A stretch of 63,565 nt of DNA from Octopus bimaculoides (lineage: Eukaryota). A program made the position numbers and the translations under genes. Shown piece by piece: positions 49,871 through 63,565 of the stretch. Location: the NCBI RefSeq assembly GCF_001194135.2, contig NC_068993.1, forward strand, positions 17,201,420 to 17,264,984, written 5' to 3'. The first letter of the stretch is position 1, and the number at the start of each line of letters is the position of its first letter. The notes under the pieces are model-generated. The model was not told the DNA's origin and did no database searches. It saw nothing but the letters and a program-made list of their open reading frames with translations.

Positions 49871-52800
49871 GAGTATTAGATGATTTCTGTTTCACTCCTG
49901 TGACCGGACGTTGAGATTTAGTGCTCGGGTTGTGTGAATTTTCCGAGCCCTCTCCCCACCCCCCACCCCGTTTGCCAGCGTGCATTTTTTTCCTTCATAT
50001 TTATTTCATATAAGGTGCACTTCAACTACTACACTATTTTTCTTTCAATTTTTCCACCGGGTGTGGATCTATATAAAAACCAGAAACTTACATTTGATTG
50101 GCCAACCAACATCCTATCCAGAAAGAATAGGGTCTATTTCACCTTATTCCACAATATAAAACAAAAACTACGCACAGGACTGGCTCTTTAAAGTTCTAAG
50201 AGATTACTATAGCTGTTAGAGTTACTTGAGTACAGAATGCTCTTCAGAAATGTACAAACATCACAGGGAGACTGAAAAGATGGTCTGAGTTTAGTCCACT
50301 ATTATTAATGATGGTTACAGATTATTCTTTATCAGGACATTACTTAATAAACTCGTCAGTGCTATTGAGTTACTTTTGGCTTGATATGATGCTGAATAGA
50401 CTTATATAAAGCAATGGCTGTTGTGCTGCCTTGCATAATATGTATGTAGGAGGCCTTTTTTTTTTTGTTGCAGAAGCCATCCTGTATTCATTGAGAGTTG
50501 TGTAATGTTTGAATATAGTGGTTTGCATCCATAATCTGATTTAGAAAAGGGAATATGTGGACTGGCGCTACCAAGAATGAGTGTTTCTAGGAAAGAGATA
50601 GATGAGTCTGTGTGATGTTGTCTTGTTTTAATTCTGCATATTTACTAGATAACGAAAAATTGGCAAGCATTCAAATATACAAACACACACACACATACAG
50701 AGGGACAGAAGAGCCTCAACGCAGTCATTCAACCTGCAAAAGATAGCAGCCAGATCACATCATATTAGCTTTTCAACAATGGACACATTGAACAGTTTAG
50801 TCCTAGATACCTTATGCTGAATAAAAGGCAAGATGGTTATGGTTGGATACCTTTGATAGTGTTGTTGCTGTTATTTCTACTGTTTAATTTTTATGGTTTG
50901 TTCTCTCTCTCTCTCTAATGAAATCTTTGAATTCTGCCTTCAGCAAGAACTTTCACTCAACCATGACAAGCACCATCATCATCATGATGTCTCCTTACCC
51001 ATCCAGGCTTTTAATTATTATTATACATATATATATTTTTTTTTTTTTTTTGTTATTGAAAAAAAATGTCCTCACACACACATACATACATTCATTCATA
51101 ATTCACAGCAGGTGAGGTGAAAGGAGGGGAAAAAAAAAGGAATAGACCTGTTTGATTAGGGCTGACCTGCAGCTAGACAACAACACACATTATTATCAAG
51201 AGTAAGTCAACATGTCAGAACCTTCTCTCACCCCACTCCAAGCTTTATCCACAGAAGGTTTTGGATTCAACACTGCAAGATAACAAACACTTATCAATTA
51301 TAAACTCATCTAGGACAGTGAACCAGCAGAATCATTACTGCGCTGGGAAAAATGCCAAGCAGCATTTCATCCAACTTTTTCACGTTCTGAGTTCAAATGC
51401 CACCAGGGCCCACTTTACATTTCATCCTTTCAGGGGCTAATAAAATAAGTACCAGTTGAACACTGGGGTCAATGTAATCAACTTCTCCCCTCCCACGAAA
51501 TTGCTGGCCTTGTGCCAAAATTTGAAATCAATTATATATTCATCTTAAGAAGGTGAGCTAGCAGAATTATCACCACATCGGATAAAATGCTTAGTGACAG
51601 TTCTTTACATTCTGAGTTCAAATTCCACCAGGGTCAATTTTGCTTTTCATCCTTTTAGGGTCAACAAAATAAGTGCCGTGGAGTACTGGAGCTGAATCGA
51701 CTTTCTCCTCCACTCAAAGTTTTGAGCCAAAATTTGAAAGAATTATATATTAATCTTGAGAATTTTATCTCAGACCAGTAGCTACTAATAACATATACTA
51801 AGTGTTCTCAACCATAGGATACAACACAGTGCCAGTGATACCCACATGGAAACTGTCCTGTAGCAAAATCTTTCACTGAAGAATTTTTCTTAATCTATCC
51901 TCTCTCTGGATTTTAACAATCTGGAACTCTTACCAACCAGATTTTTCCTACAATTGTTCAATCTGAATCTGAACCACATCAATTTCAAAGACTCTGTTAA
52001 AAATCAATCATGGACTGTCCTTCTTTCACTGACCAAGTTATAGATTTAAAAAAATTTTTTTTTATATAACCTGCAAATTTTGGTCAGTGTTTTGATGCTG
52101 AACACCTCTATTAAAACTTTAAAAAATAACAATTTCAGTTATGCTAACTAGCAAAAGAAGGCTTCCTGACAATCTCCATATCACTAAAAATGATTGTTTT
52201 GGGAAAGTGAAATACATCTAAATTTTACATACACATACAGAACCTCCCCACTCCTTCCCGCAAAAGGAAAAGTGATCTGCCAAAATGCATTCAAATTACA
52301 TCCTGAATTCTTTTTTTTTTAAGGGACATTAAATATTGTACTTGTAGATACACTGAGGTACAATGTCAAAAAAAAAAAAAAAAGATCGCTTCTGGAACTC
52401 TTAGAACATAGATCATAAAGCAGAAGTCTTGTCCGGACAATAAATCATTTATATGAACAACGGGAGGGTAGTTTAAGATTTTAACCTACACCTCATAGAG
52501 GAAACCTTTCAAATAATCTCATTTTTTCCCAAGTAGAGTATTTACAATACCAGACCTGCACGCTACGTGAGTGGGCAGAATATCCGAATGGTCACTAGAC
52601 TCAATATAACCAGATTTAACACTGACGCGATTTTTAATTAACAGAGCTGACAGGATAGCATGATTTACTGAGTTAACTACCATAATATGGGATATAGGTA
52701 AGCAAGCAACACAGCAGACAAGCATGAGAACTACAGTTAACTAGAAATGAATTAAAATATATCAAAGTAACAGGAAAATTGTATTGAAACTATCGTCGTC

Positions 52801-54046
52801 AGCTAAGCAAAAGTGCATTTAATATTCTAGCACTTCAGAGTAAGAGTCCTTTCAAGGACAGTCAAACCCTGGTTGTTAAATAAGAATACCTGATCAAACG
52901 CCCCACCGCGTATATATATATATATTGATAGATGCATGCATGTATGTTTCATTATGGGAGTGACAGACAGATGAGAGAGAGAATTAAACCTCTGTATGCT
53001 TTATGAAACGAGTTTACAGTAACGGAATTACAGTAACTTAAACAAGTTGCAGAAAACATAGGGAAGTGATGATAATCCTTTTCACTATAGACACAAGGCC
53101 TGGAATTTAAGGGGATGGGGATAATCGATTACATCACCCTAGTACTTGACTGGTACTTAATTTATCGACCCCAAAAGGATGAAAGGCAAAGTCGACCTCA
53201 GCGGAATTTGAATTCAGAACGTAGTGACGGGCGAAATACCGCCAAGCATTTCTTCGAGCGTGCTAACGATTCTACCAGTTCGTCACCATAATAATAATCA
53301 TAATAATAATTAATTCTGCTTTTTTAATAATTAATTCAATCCTTTCTTACTAAATTCACAAGCTCTGAAATTCGCGAGAAGGGAACTAGTCGATTACATC
53401 GATCCCAATGTTTCAGTGGTACTTAATTTATCGACCCCGAAAGGATGAAAAGCAAAGTCGATCTCGCCTCGGCGGAATTTGAACCCAGAATTATGCATTT
53501 TGCTAACGATCTGCCAGCTCGCCGCCTTTCACAAGATCATTAATTTTGAGGGCATAGGGTTAGTCGATACCAACGACCCCAGTACTTCACTGGGACTTTA
53601 TTTTAAGCCCGTGAGATTGAAAGGCCAAGCTGACTTGCGATAACAAAATTAAATACCACAGAAATACATTTAGATTAAATCTTACCGCCAAAACCATTTA
53701 TTCGGCAGGCAGTGCAACCACTAGCCCGTGTCTCACAATTGAAATATCTGAATAAAAGAAACAATTGCAGAATTCACCACTAAAGATATGGTGCAGTGAA
53801 CTTTTTAAAAAGAAAGAGAGAATAATGTTATAGACTCAAATTGTTATATGAGAATGTTAAATGAAGTAAAGAGAGGACAGGACGGCTACGTAGGTTATGT
53901 TGTTGAAGGTGGTGGCAATATGACACAGCAATAATGGTTAAATTATCAACAAGTGGGTGGATGTTTGTGTCGGCAAGGAAACCCCGACACGGTTGCTCGA
54001 ACTGCTAGAAATAGTAGACAAACTTCCTTCAAATTAACATATAGAG

Positions 54047-54331
54047 CAGGGGTTTTCAAACTGTGGTCCGCGGACCACAGGGGGTCCGCAAGGACAAGAC
54101 AGGGGGTCCGTAGACAGCAAATACTTTTTATGCGCAATTTGATTTTATATATGTTTTTTAATCGAAATCTTTTAATTGACAATAAACCTATTTGTTAAAT
54201 ACTGTTAAATAAATAAATGCAAAAATATATGTTATTTTAAGCAAATATTTATGTATAAATTTCATAAGCGTTTATAAGCTAAAGCCTGAAATATAAAGGG
54301 GTCCGCAAGTCAAAAAGTTTGAAAACCCCTG
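54047..54331. mobile_element. Intact 285-bp hAT (Charlie/MER1-like) MITE
   Basis: Perfect 16-bp TIR CAGGGGTTTTCAAACT / AGTTTGAAAACCCCTG and perfect 8-bp TSD ATATAGAG (54039-46, 54332-39). Confidence 0.95.
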
Positions 54332-56596
54332 ATATAGAGTAATGTGATCCGAGGTGCACAATATGTGGACGAAAAGGAGAGATAGATGTCACAGTAAGGG
54401 GAGCATCCCAAGGACAGTTTGTGTGGGGATTTACATAAAAGGATGAGAAAGAAATGGAAAAGACGGTGAAATGCGATAAAAGTATGCATAGTATACAAAG
54501 TATGTGGTAACATGAATGATGCAGTCCTCCCAATACAGCAGAAACTCCAGCTAGGGCCAATCAAGGAACCTCACAGATCCGGGATTATCCTGACCACCAA
54601 TAATACGAAGCCTCTCCCATACTCAATCCTTTCTACTATAAGCACAAGACCTGAAATTTGGGGGAAGGTGCTTTGTCGATTACATCGACCCAGTGCTCAA
54701 CTGGTACTTATTTTACGAACCCCCAAAGGATGAAAGGCAGAAGCGCAGTTTGGTTTCCGCAATAAACCCCCAACTCTCACAATACCAACCACCACTACCT
54801 GCCTGTTCGTAAACATCCTGACATATCTACAACACTCGAGAACACTACCATTCCCACTTAGTCCAACACACACACAAACAATTAGCAGCGGCAACAATAA
54901 CTTTTTTTTCTAACAATAACTTTATTATTTCTAAACGCTGCTGTGGAGCAAACCGCCGCCAACACCAATATTAAGTTCAGAGAAACAGAAGCTGTCACGC
55001 TTCTTCTACTGAGGACATCAAAACATTAAATGACAAACTAGACAGTGAAGGAAAAGCAAACATGCTTAGACAAATAATACGCTGCATAGCAGGTATTAAA
55101 ACCACCTGAAGTCGGTCGGTCGGAGTGATGCGTGTGATCACTAGAGGAGAGTACAAGAATCGCAGCTAGCCCGTGAAATGCCGTTGTGCCATTGCCTGGA
55201 CAGAACTACCCCTGTTACTCTGGTTCTTGGAGAAAATTAGCAATGTGTATCATAATATGATGCAGGATATACAGGACAGGCAAAGGGTGATTATAAGCCA
55301 ACGGGTGCGCGAAGTATTGTAGAGTAAGATTTGTCGGTGAACTGAATGTGATGGTTGTAATGTACCCAATTCGATACCTCATTGTTGACATCGAATTGAG
55401 GCTAAATGTTGGTCCATCCAAAACTGAATAAAATCAGTGTTGCATGGAAGAAAGGAAGATATACGCACGATTTAATGTGTGATATGGTGATGTGACATTC
55501 TGAATGTAATACGACACGAAGTATGAAGCGTTCCATACATAACATCAATAACCTACTCATCACCGCGGGCTGTGGAATTTTTTAAGAACAATGGGAAGGT
55601 ACATGTTTGCCAAACCTCAAAACACAAGAAAAAAAACCAGCCAAACGTATCTTATGAAATAAATGATCACTTTTTTTAAAACTTCGGTAAAATTTATAAA
55701 TTTAAATTTATGCAGGCATAAGTAAAAGGAAAGCTTACAAATAGAAATGCAACCCTTATCTGGGGAATCCATTTAACTACGTCAATATTTATTTGTAATG
55801 AGATAATAATTTAGAGAAAGCTGAAAGGAAAAAGTTAAGACGAGCAGAGAGGTTCGTCCCCGACCGAGGTTTGTGGCCAACCCACTTTTGCTTGTAAGAC
55901 TTTTTTTAAAGAAATGACGCAATGTCATTTTTTGCTTAAGACATTAGTGATGTTTCAGGGAAATTTGGCTGTTATTTCTAGCAAATCGATCGTCTACTTA
56001 CAGATTTCCTCGTAAGAAAAAAAAATAGTATTTTAGGATGATGCAACAAACAGAAGCTGTTTATTTTTTAAAATGGCAATAGCTGTTTGTAAAATTGTTT
56101 TAAGTTAAAAGGGAGTATATTCAGTTAACTAAATAAAAGACAAAATATTACTGAAAAATTATCAACCTATATATATATCCATGTGTTAAGGGTTAATACG
56201 TGAGTTTCACTACGAATGTGTGTAATGAAAGTGCGTGCGCGCGATTAAGATTTTAAAAAAGAAAAACTTGTGAGTATCAATGAGTAGGAGAGTGTGTGTC
56301 TGTGTGTGCGAGAGAAAGAGAGAGAGAGAGGGAGGAAGGGCTATGAATGAGTGAAATTGTAAGTAATGTAGAGGAGGAATGGGATAAAGAGAGAAATGTA
56401 GGAAAGAATAAATGAATGAAGGAGGTGGAGCAAATATGAATACGAGATGTGTGTGGGCCGGATGTGCGACTGAAAGAAATGTATGTCACTGAGCGAAGAT
56501 ATATTTGTGAAAGCATGTGAGTTAATCTCGAGGTAAATTCGTAGGGCAACGAGAGAGAAAGATTATCTAATTACTTATCGCGCACGCCTGTATGTA

Positions 56597-56647
<51 letters not shown>

Positions 56648-57379
56648 GTGTGTGTGGAGTAGTGTGTACATATAATTGCATTCAGTATATGAACGTGACG
56701 GTATACAGTATGTATGCATGCGTGTTGTTTAAAAAATCCCTTATGTCAACTCAGATCGAAGGGACTTATGATCAAGAACATTCTATCCCCATTCCGTCGA
56801 GGACTATATTATCCAATTGTTCTTTCTTTTCTTTTCTTTTAAAATGGTTGGATGCGATTTGAACAGTACCAAGTTGTTATTTCTAGCAGGTCGAGCGACC
56901 AGATAGAGATTCTTAGTGTGTGGGAGGGAAATAAATAAGCGCAAGTAAACGTGACTATGAAAGCGGAGGGGGGGGGACGTATGTATATAGGTGTGCGCGC
57001 GAGAACGAGTGTGTGTATGCATGTATAAGGTGCCCAGAACTAGATTATATCTAAGAAGATATTTATGTGTATTTGTAGTCGTGTAAACGTGCGTTCTGTC
57101 AGCGTGTAGCATTCACTGCTGCAGCATAATATTCAAGGCAGAAGTGTGAGAACAAGAATGACCGTTATAAATTTCCCTCCAGTTTTACAACCAATTGTTG
57201 AGAGCTGCCAGGTCATCCCTAACAAGCTACTACCGAGTGACCTAACTATGCCTACCATCGCCACCGCCATCATACAACGAAGGGTGACAGGCGAAAGTAA
57301 AGAATACGCACACCCAGTGATTAGGGTTAGTGTTTTTGTTACGTCGAAAACGGGTGGTGTACGTATTCTTTACCTCCAC

Positions 57380-57421
<42 letters not shown>

Positions 57422-58089
57422 CATAGACACAAGCACTTAAATGCAAAACAAGAGGGGGAAAAATAGTACTCGAACACCAAAAGGTAGAGTAATATGCTTT
57501 TATTAAAACTGCAAAATTATCACAAAGCTGTTAGAGTTTCACGTCCCCGTTCGTCATAGTTGTGAAACTAACAGCTTTGTGATAATTTTGCAGATTTAAT
57601 AAAAGTATATATGAGTGTGTATCTATATAATATTGCAATGCTTCTCGTTGACATGGGATAAGTTCAACTGCAAGTTGGAATATTTTCGTTAAGTGATTGT
57701 TAAAAAAAATTCCAAGAGAGAGGAATTTAAAAGGATGGGTGCTGCACTTCAGAGAATGTCGAACACACACAGCCGTATGTGTCTAAGACACTTTGCAATG
57801 CCTCCATCATATGCTAGCATTTTCTTAAATGCTTCCCCCCACCACCACCATTTCTTTTTAGTTCACTTTATCAGGCCAACTTTACATGCAGAGAATTTAG
57901 ACATTCTTGCAAAGAATGTAGAGCAAGTCAACTTAAAAACCTGGTCTCATTGACGGCATGACAAGCATTGACTACTGGGGTCGACTAAAAATATCTCAAT
58001 CTCTGCTCTCTCCAACGCCGCCGTCAGCGCTACATCATTTGTGTGATGTGGAAAATATTCCATCAATATTGCACAAATGATGTTGGCAT

Positions 58090-58420
58090 CAATTTTAAAA
58101 CCACCCACTAGAAAAAATCGAACTCAAGAAACATAACATTATGACACAACAACTTTGACCAGTCCAGCTCTCTTTAATATTATACCAAAATACATCAAAA
58201 CGGAAACAGATCCCATAAAATTCAAAAGTTCTCTGGACAAATTTCTCAAAAAAAATCCCAGAACAACCTCCTACACTCGGATGTCTCCAACAATAACTCC
58301 TTGCTGGAGTGGGCCATGGTGTCCCATATATAACTGAGGTGTGAGTCACGATCTAAAAGACTTCACCAGGTGGTGCTACTAAGTTAGACATGGCCTGGTC
58401 CTATACTAGCCGAAACCTTT
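58090..58420 (+). mobile_element. 3' fragment of a CR1/L2-type LINE
   Basis: PALFNIIPKYIKTETDPIKFKSSLDKFLK matches the C-terminal FN-x-LP...FK-x-x-LD-x-FL motif of non-LTR RT ORFs. Confidence 0.6.
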
Positions 58421-60376
58421 CCATCAACTTTTATTTATTAACGAACAGAACAAGATATTTAACCGAGGTTAATTATTCGGTGTCACCATCCGCATGAAAA
58501 TCACTACATCAGATATCTTCTAGAAGAGGAGGATTACTAACGCTGTGACTTCAATCCTTTCTGCAAGTACGGGAGATAACTCCGAATATGTTTTAACCTT
58601 ATTAAGACCTCCCCAGTGAAGCATACACTTCATTCTTGCAGAAAGAAATATACTAATTAGAATACAGTATTGTCACCCATTGGTACATTCGATTTTTTTT
58701 AATAGATAAATTACCCAGACATCACTATTATACCCTTTTCCTGCATTAGTATGTGTACTGTGCGTTTTTTTTTTTCTTTGTTTTCATGTTCTACATTAAA
58801 ATATGTTAACCTACCTCTATACTATTTTTGCAGTTTCATTGTTCCGAGTTCAAATCACGTATCAGTCGACCGTGCTTATCTTTTCTATAAGAGAAGTTCG
58901 ATAAAATAAGTAACGGTGTATGGTCTAGAGATGATCCAAATTGATTTTGTACACCCCACTTTGTAGGGGGAACCTGCTATATGGTCTGAGCAAATTAACT
59001 TCTCGTAGATGACAACCCTTCACAGCAAACTCATGGTAGCGTCAATTCTGACCGAACAGTCCTATAACTCGAAGGTAGAAGACAATCATTAAGCATGATC
59101 CACAGATCTGGTTTTCCACTTATACTTTGTCTCCGCCTGTCTAGCTGATAACCATATACAAATTACGACATGCAATAATGAGTCGTATTGGAGTTGCAGT
59201 TAGGTGTGTTGCTAAGCAAAGCGTTGTAGCTTTGCCCTAGACCTATGGTTAAGTGCGTTTGTTCCAAGTAACCACTCATCTTTTTTTAAGACAACTCTAT
59301 TCAACATTATCCAGTGTCACTTCTATAACAGAAATAGGTTATGGTTTGAGGAAGGGATGGCTGCTATTTCTACTAAGCCGAAGTTCGCTTACTGGCTAAT
59401 GAGAAGTAATTAGCAGAGTCCACAAACCATATTCCACTCTTAAAAAGAAATCCTTTCACCTATGTTACTAATTCACACGGGAGAAAAAAAAATGTCACGT
59501 CTAAAATACGAAAGAAACTTGCGTATCTGCAATCATTAATATTGTCATCATTAATTAATAAGACATCAGATGATGGCTAGCAAAAGGGAGGCGACGCAGC
59601 GGATAGCACTGAATGAAATGCATGTGAATACGAGTTTCGGTTGGGACAAGTGCGTGGGAAAATTCTAAGATGATGCTTTGAAAGAAGGGCCGGAGTCGGC
59701 GATGAGGGGGGATCGAGTCTTAGATCTTTAATGAACAGGAGCTCAGCATCAAATCTTGTAAAAATGTGCGTAGATTTTCCTATTTCTTATAGAGAAAATA
59801 GGTTGTAAAACTGGCGTAAAATCTTCCTCTATGACCAGCGTGTAGTAAATTAAAACCAGTTGGCGAGTTAGAAAATTGGATGAAAATGATAGTATGCTGT
59901 GGTAGCAGGCTGTATAGTGGAAATATGTGTGTGGAAAGACCGACTGACAGCTAGCTCAATTAGCCCACACACAACAGAGTCGCCTACATATACTAAGTGT
60001 AGAAACACATGCAACTATGAGCAAATATCTACCTGACCGACATTATCAATGCGTGTGTATTCCGAATAAAGTGCTCGCGTACGTACACACACACACACAC
60101 ACAGATATAACACGAAAACAATAAAAATAACACCAATTAAAACAGATTTTACACCGTTCTTTAATCTCAGTTTCGTGTTCCCGCTTTTCGACAGGCACAC
60201 ACACATGTATACTTCGAAATTTTAGTCCTATTTCTCATTTCATTCTTTTAAAAAAAGCATTAGAACGCACTCAATATCTGTAGATTAGATGAAAATATAT
60301 ACATATATATTCTAAATAATTTTAGCTTATACCTAACTGACAAACGCAGAGTATAATATAAACATCTCACAGATTT

Positions 60377-60407
<31 letters not shown>

Positions 60408-60953
60408 ATTTGTCAGTATATCTGTATGTGGGCGTGCGCATAGGTTGGAGAGAGAGAGAGAAAGAAAGAGACTAACTGTTTCCCAAGCTGGGAAATATTA
60501 CAACGCAATAAAATTTTCGAAAAGGGGAAACCAACACAAGACAAACGGACAGACAAAAAAGAAAAAGATATTCTAGTTTTGTTAATGTTGTGTATGTATG
60601 AAATGGCGAAATGACATGTAGCAATAACAATGTAAAATGTTGATTTTTTTTTTTTATCTCGTTCTGTAGTTTTTAAGAAAAAAAAAGGCGGGTAATGGCA
60701 GGGGAGGAGAAAGAAAATGATTAACGAAGCTAGACATCAAATCAGATATGTTTATTGGAATTTCTCTTGTTTATTGATTCGATGTGAAAATGGGTCTCAT
60801 TGTTTTTTTTTCTTCTCTTTTAGACTAAACTAGAAAACAATAATACCCAGACATCATCAGTGCGACTATGTGTGTGTGTGTATATAAATAATTACTCTAC
60901 TGCTCTATAACTTAGTGTGATTCTTTCGGATTTATAATCTACTAACTATATAT

Positions 60954-60992
<39 letters not shown>

Positions 60993-61689
60993 CAGTATTC
61001 ATACTTACAGCTAATATCTCCATATTAAATAAAATACATTAAACATTTATGTCAGAATTGTTCTACTTCCACATATCAATCTGTGTGTTTGTGGACAACT
61101 GCAAATTACAGTAATTATATATACATATATATATATCTATCTATCTATCTATATATATATATATATATATATATACAGAGAAAGAGCAGCACATAATTAA
61201 TATGTACACCTTCGGTAACTGTATGTTAGCTGTCTATTTTATTCGCAACTACACACGTTAGTTGTATATACTCTTGCTAAATAACAATTCACACAGCTGT
61301 GAATAACAAAAAACAGCATTTAACTACATCGACTATTTTAGCTTGGTGTGTGTGTGAGAGAGTATATATGTACATATATATATTTGTATGCATACAAACA
61401 TACTGTTGACATTATACATATGTTACACACTACCTCCCATATATACGTACGTAAACACACAAATATAAATATATATCTGCGCACATTGTAGCTATTTTTG
61501 CTAACTGTTGTAGCTACACACATACTGTATCGCTGCATATACAAACATACATATATACGCTATATATATATATAATTTTCAATTAGTTTTCCCATCCTGG
61601 CATGAGCTGGATGGTGTTGTGTATGTATGTATATACAGAGAGAAAGAGATATCATGAACGAGAAAATGCATCATGGATGGATGCACGAG

Positions 61690-62000
61690 AGAATGAGACT
61701 AAAGTAAGACACTGGAGGGTAGAGTAGTTCCAGCTGCATGATGGATGGAGGGAAAAGCGTGCTGCATTGTGGGTCAAACAACCCAGCTCTTCGCCTCGTA
61801 GCATCCAGTACTGATGGGGGGAGAGAGTGCTGTCGGGAGATGCTAAAATTCTTGTGATCTCCAGTCGACAGCTGACGATGGGAGTGTCCCACAGTGCAAG
61901 CTGTATGGAACATCGTAAATGATGGACTCTCCCGCCGATCCATTCAATATAGTCGACCGACTCCTTGTTAACAAACGAATTGACTGGAGGATTCCACAGA
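61690..62000 (-). mobile_element. Highly degraded CR1/Jockey-like LINE 3' fragment
   Basis: Frameshifted remnants resembling the terminal WN-x-LP-SSV motif, GC-richer than the flanks. Confidence 0.35.
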
Positions 62001-63521
62001 TTCGTGTACCATTAAGTAGAATCAGTGGGACATGGCTGGATGCTTGAATTGAGGTCTATACGACAAGCTTCTATACAATTTCCAAATTAAATCGCAAGAT
62101 TACGCCGATTCGAGGTTACGGTAGAAGCACTTGTTCCAGGTGCCACACAATGAAATCGAACCCAGAACGTTCATGTTCGTGAAGTGAACTTCTTAACACA
62201 GTTATGCCTGCCTACTATATATATATATATATANNNNNNNNNNNNNNNNNNNNNNNNNNNNNNNNNNNNNNNNNNNNNNNNNNNNNNNNNNNNNNNNNNN
62301 NNNNNNNNNNNNNNNNNNNNNNNNNNNNNNNNNNNNNNNNNNNNNNNNNNNNNNNNNNNNNNNNNNNNNNNNNNNNNNNNNNNNNNNNNNNNNNNNNNNN
62401 NNNNNNNNNNNNNNNNNNNNNNNNNNNNNNNNNNNNNNNNNNNNNNNNNNNNNNNNNNNNNNNNNNNNNNNNNNNNNNNNNNNNNNNNNNNNNNNNNNNN
62501 NNNNNNNNNNNNNNNNNNNNNNNNNNNNNNNNNNNNNNNNNNNNNNNNNNNNNTGTTGTTATTAAGTTACATAACTGACATAAGGACATTAAAAATTTCA
62601 TGCATCGCACAAGAATCCCTGGACCCTTGAGTTACTTAATTTTACATCCAAATTAAAAAAAAAGGCATATAAATGTAAACATTGCGTTCTGTCTCTCCTG
62701 TTTCTTCCATCAAACCTACAACACATACATCATACATACATACATAGAGAGAGAGAGAGAAAAAGAGAGAGACACGCGCGCAGATTCATATAAAAACCTC
62801 AGTCACTGTGTTTATAACTGTCTGTTTACATACTCTACTGGAGATAAACATGGCTATAACTGCGTGTATACACACACACACACATATATATATATACAGC
62901 TACAGCTGAATGTGAACTGCAAGTAACTGTTTATACAGCTGTATGTGTATGTTGGTGCGTGCGTATGTATGTCTACATATGTGTGTGTTACTAGATACGT
63001 ACACACATGCGCGCGCGAGTCGACCATACAAATGTGTACTTGGTACCACTGGGTATGTGCACTTTACTGGCGAACATGTTTTCTCTATCTGGTTGTGTGT
63101 ATGTTCATTTTTGCACTACTCGACCATGAAAAATGCTAGATAAGAAAATATTTCTGCATTTTCACGTATGACATTCTAGGAATAATGGATATTTACAAAG
63201 TGAAAGTATGATTAATTTAGACACTGCGAAATAAGTAACGAGTATATATAATGAGAAATAAGTAACAAGAGTATATATAATGAAAATTATGATCTTAAAT
63301 GATTTCTAATCATTATTATTATTATTTTTCTTTCTTTAGTTATTTTTGCTAACATTTCCATCAGTTCAAATATACGACTACGTTCAAATCACATCTTTTA
63401 ATGTGTATTAGTAGTCAGGAACAAATACACACACGTATGTATAAATTCAAACATACAAATAAACATATGTATACATATATACTTATATATATATATATAT
63501 ATATACGTATACACATATATA

Positions 63522-63565
<44 letters not shown>

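Noticed and set aside
273-63143. The ~190 short ORFs in the six-frame track
   Set aside because: They overlap microsatellites, SINEs or N-gaps (YIYIYI, VCVCVC, HTHTHT, X runs) and show no protein-family signal

Overview
AT-rich eukaryotic draft-genome sequence with five N-gaps and very many (TA)n/(CA)n/(GA)n microsatellites. The repeat landscape fits a cephalopod (octopus-like) genome; this is an inference from style, not a database result. There is one clear host gene: a minus-strand, single-coding-exon ORF of about 777 aa (14817-17150) with short non-coding upstream exons and probably a long 3' UTR. Its C-terminus carries two copies of a helical motif resembling the C-terminal tail of MORC-family ATPases, but it has no ATPase domain. 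The rest is mostly transposon-derived: a full-length DD34D mariner with an open ORF, a decayed Merlin transposase, hAT MITEs with 8-bp TSDs, RTE, CR1-like and Penelope-like fragments, and dozens of SINE copies from several families. The most unusual signals are three different type I hammerhead-ribozyme-like motifs (33-72, 17554-17612, 40712-40748). The best one sits in a ~300-nt highly base-paired, retrozyme-like element in the host gene's intron. Sharp CpG-decay boundaries between copies of the same SINE family appear to mark methylated gene-body edges.
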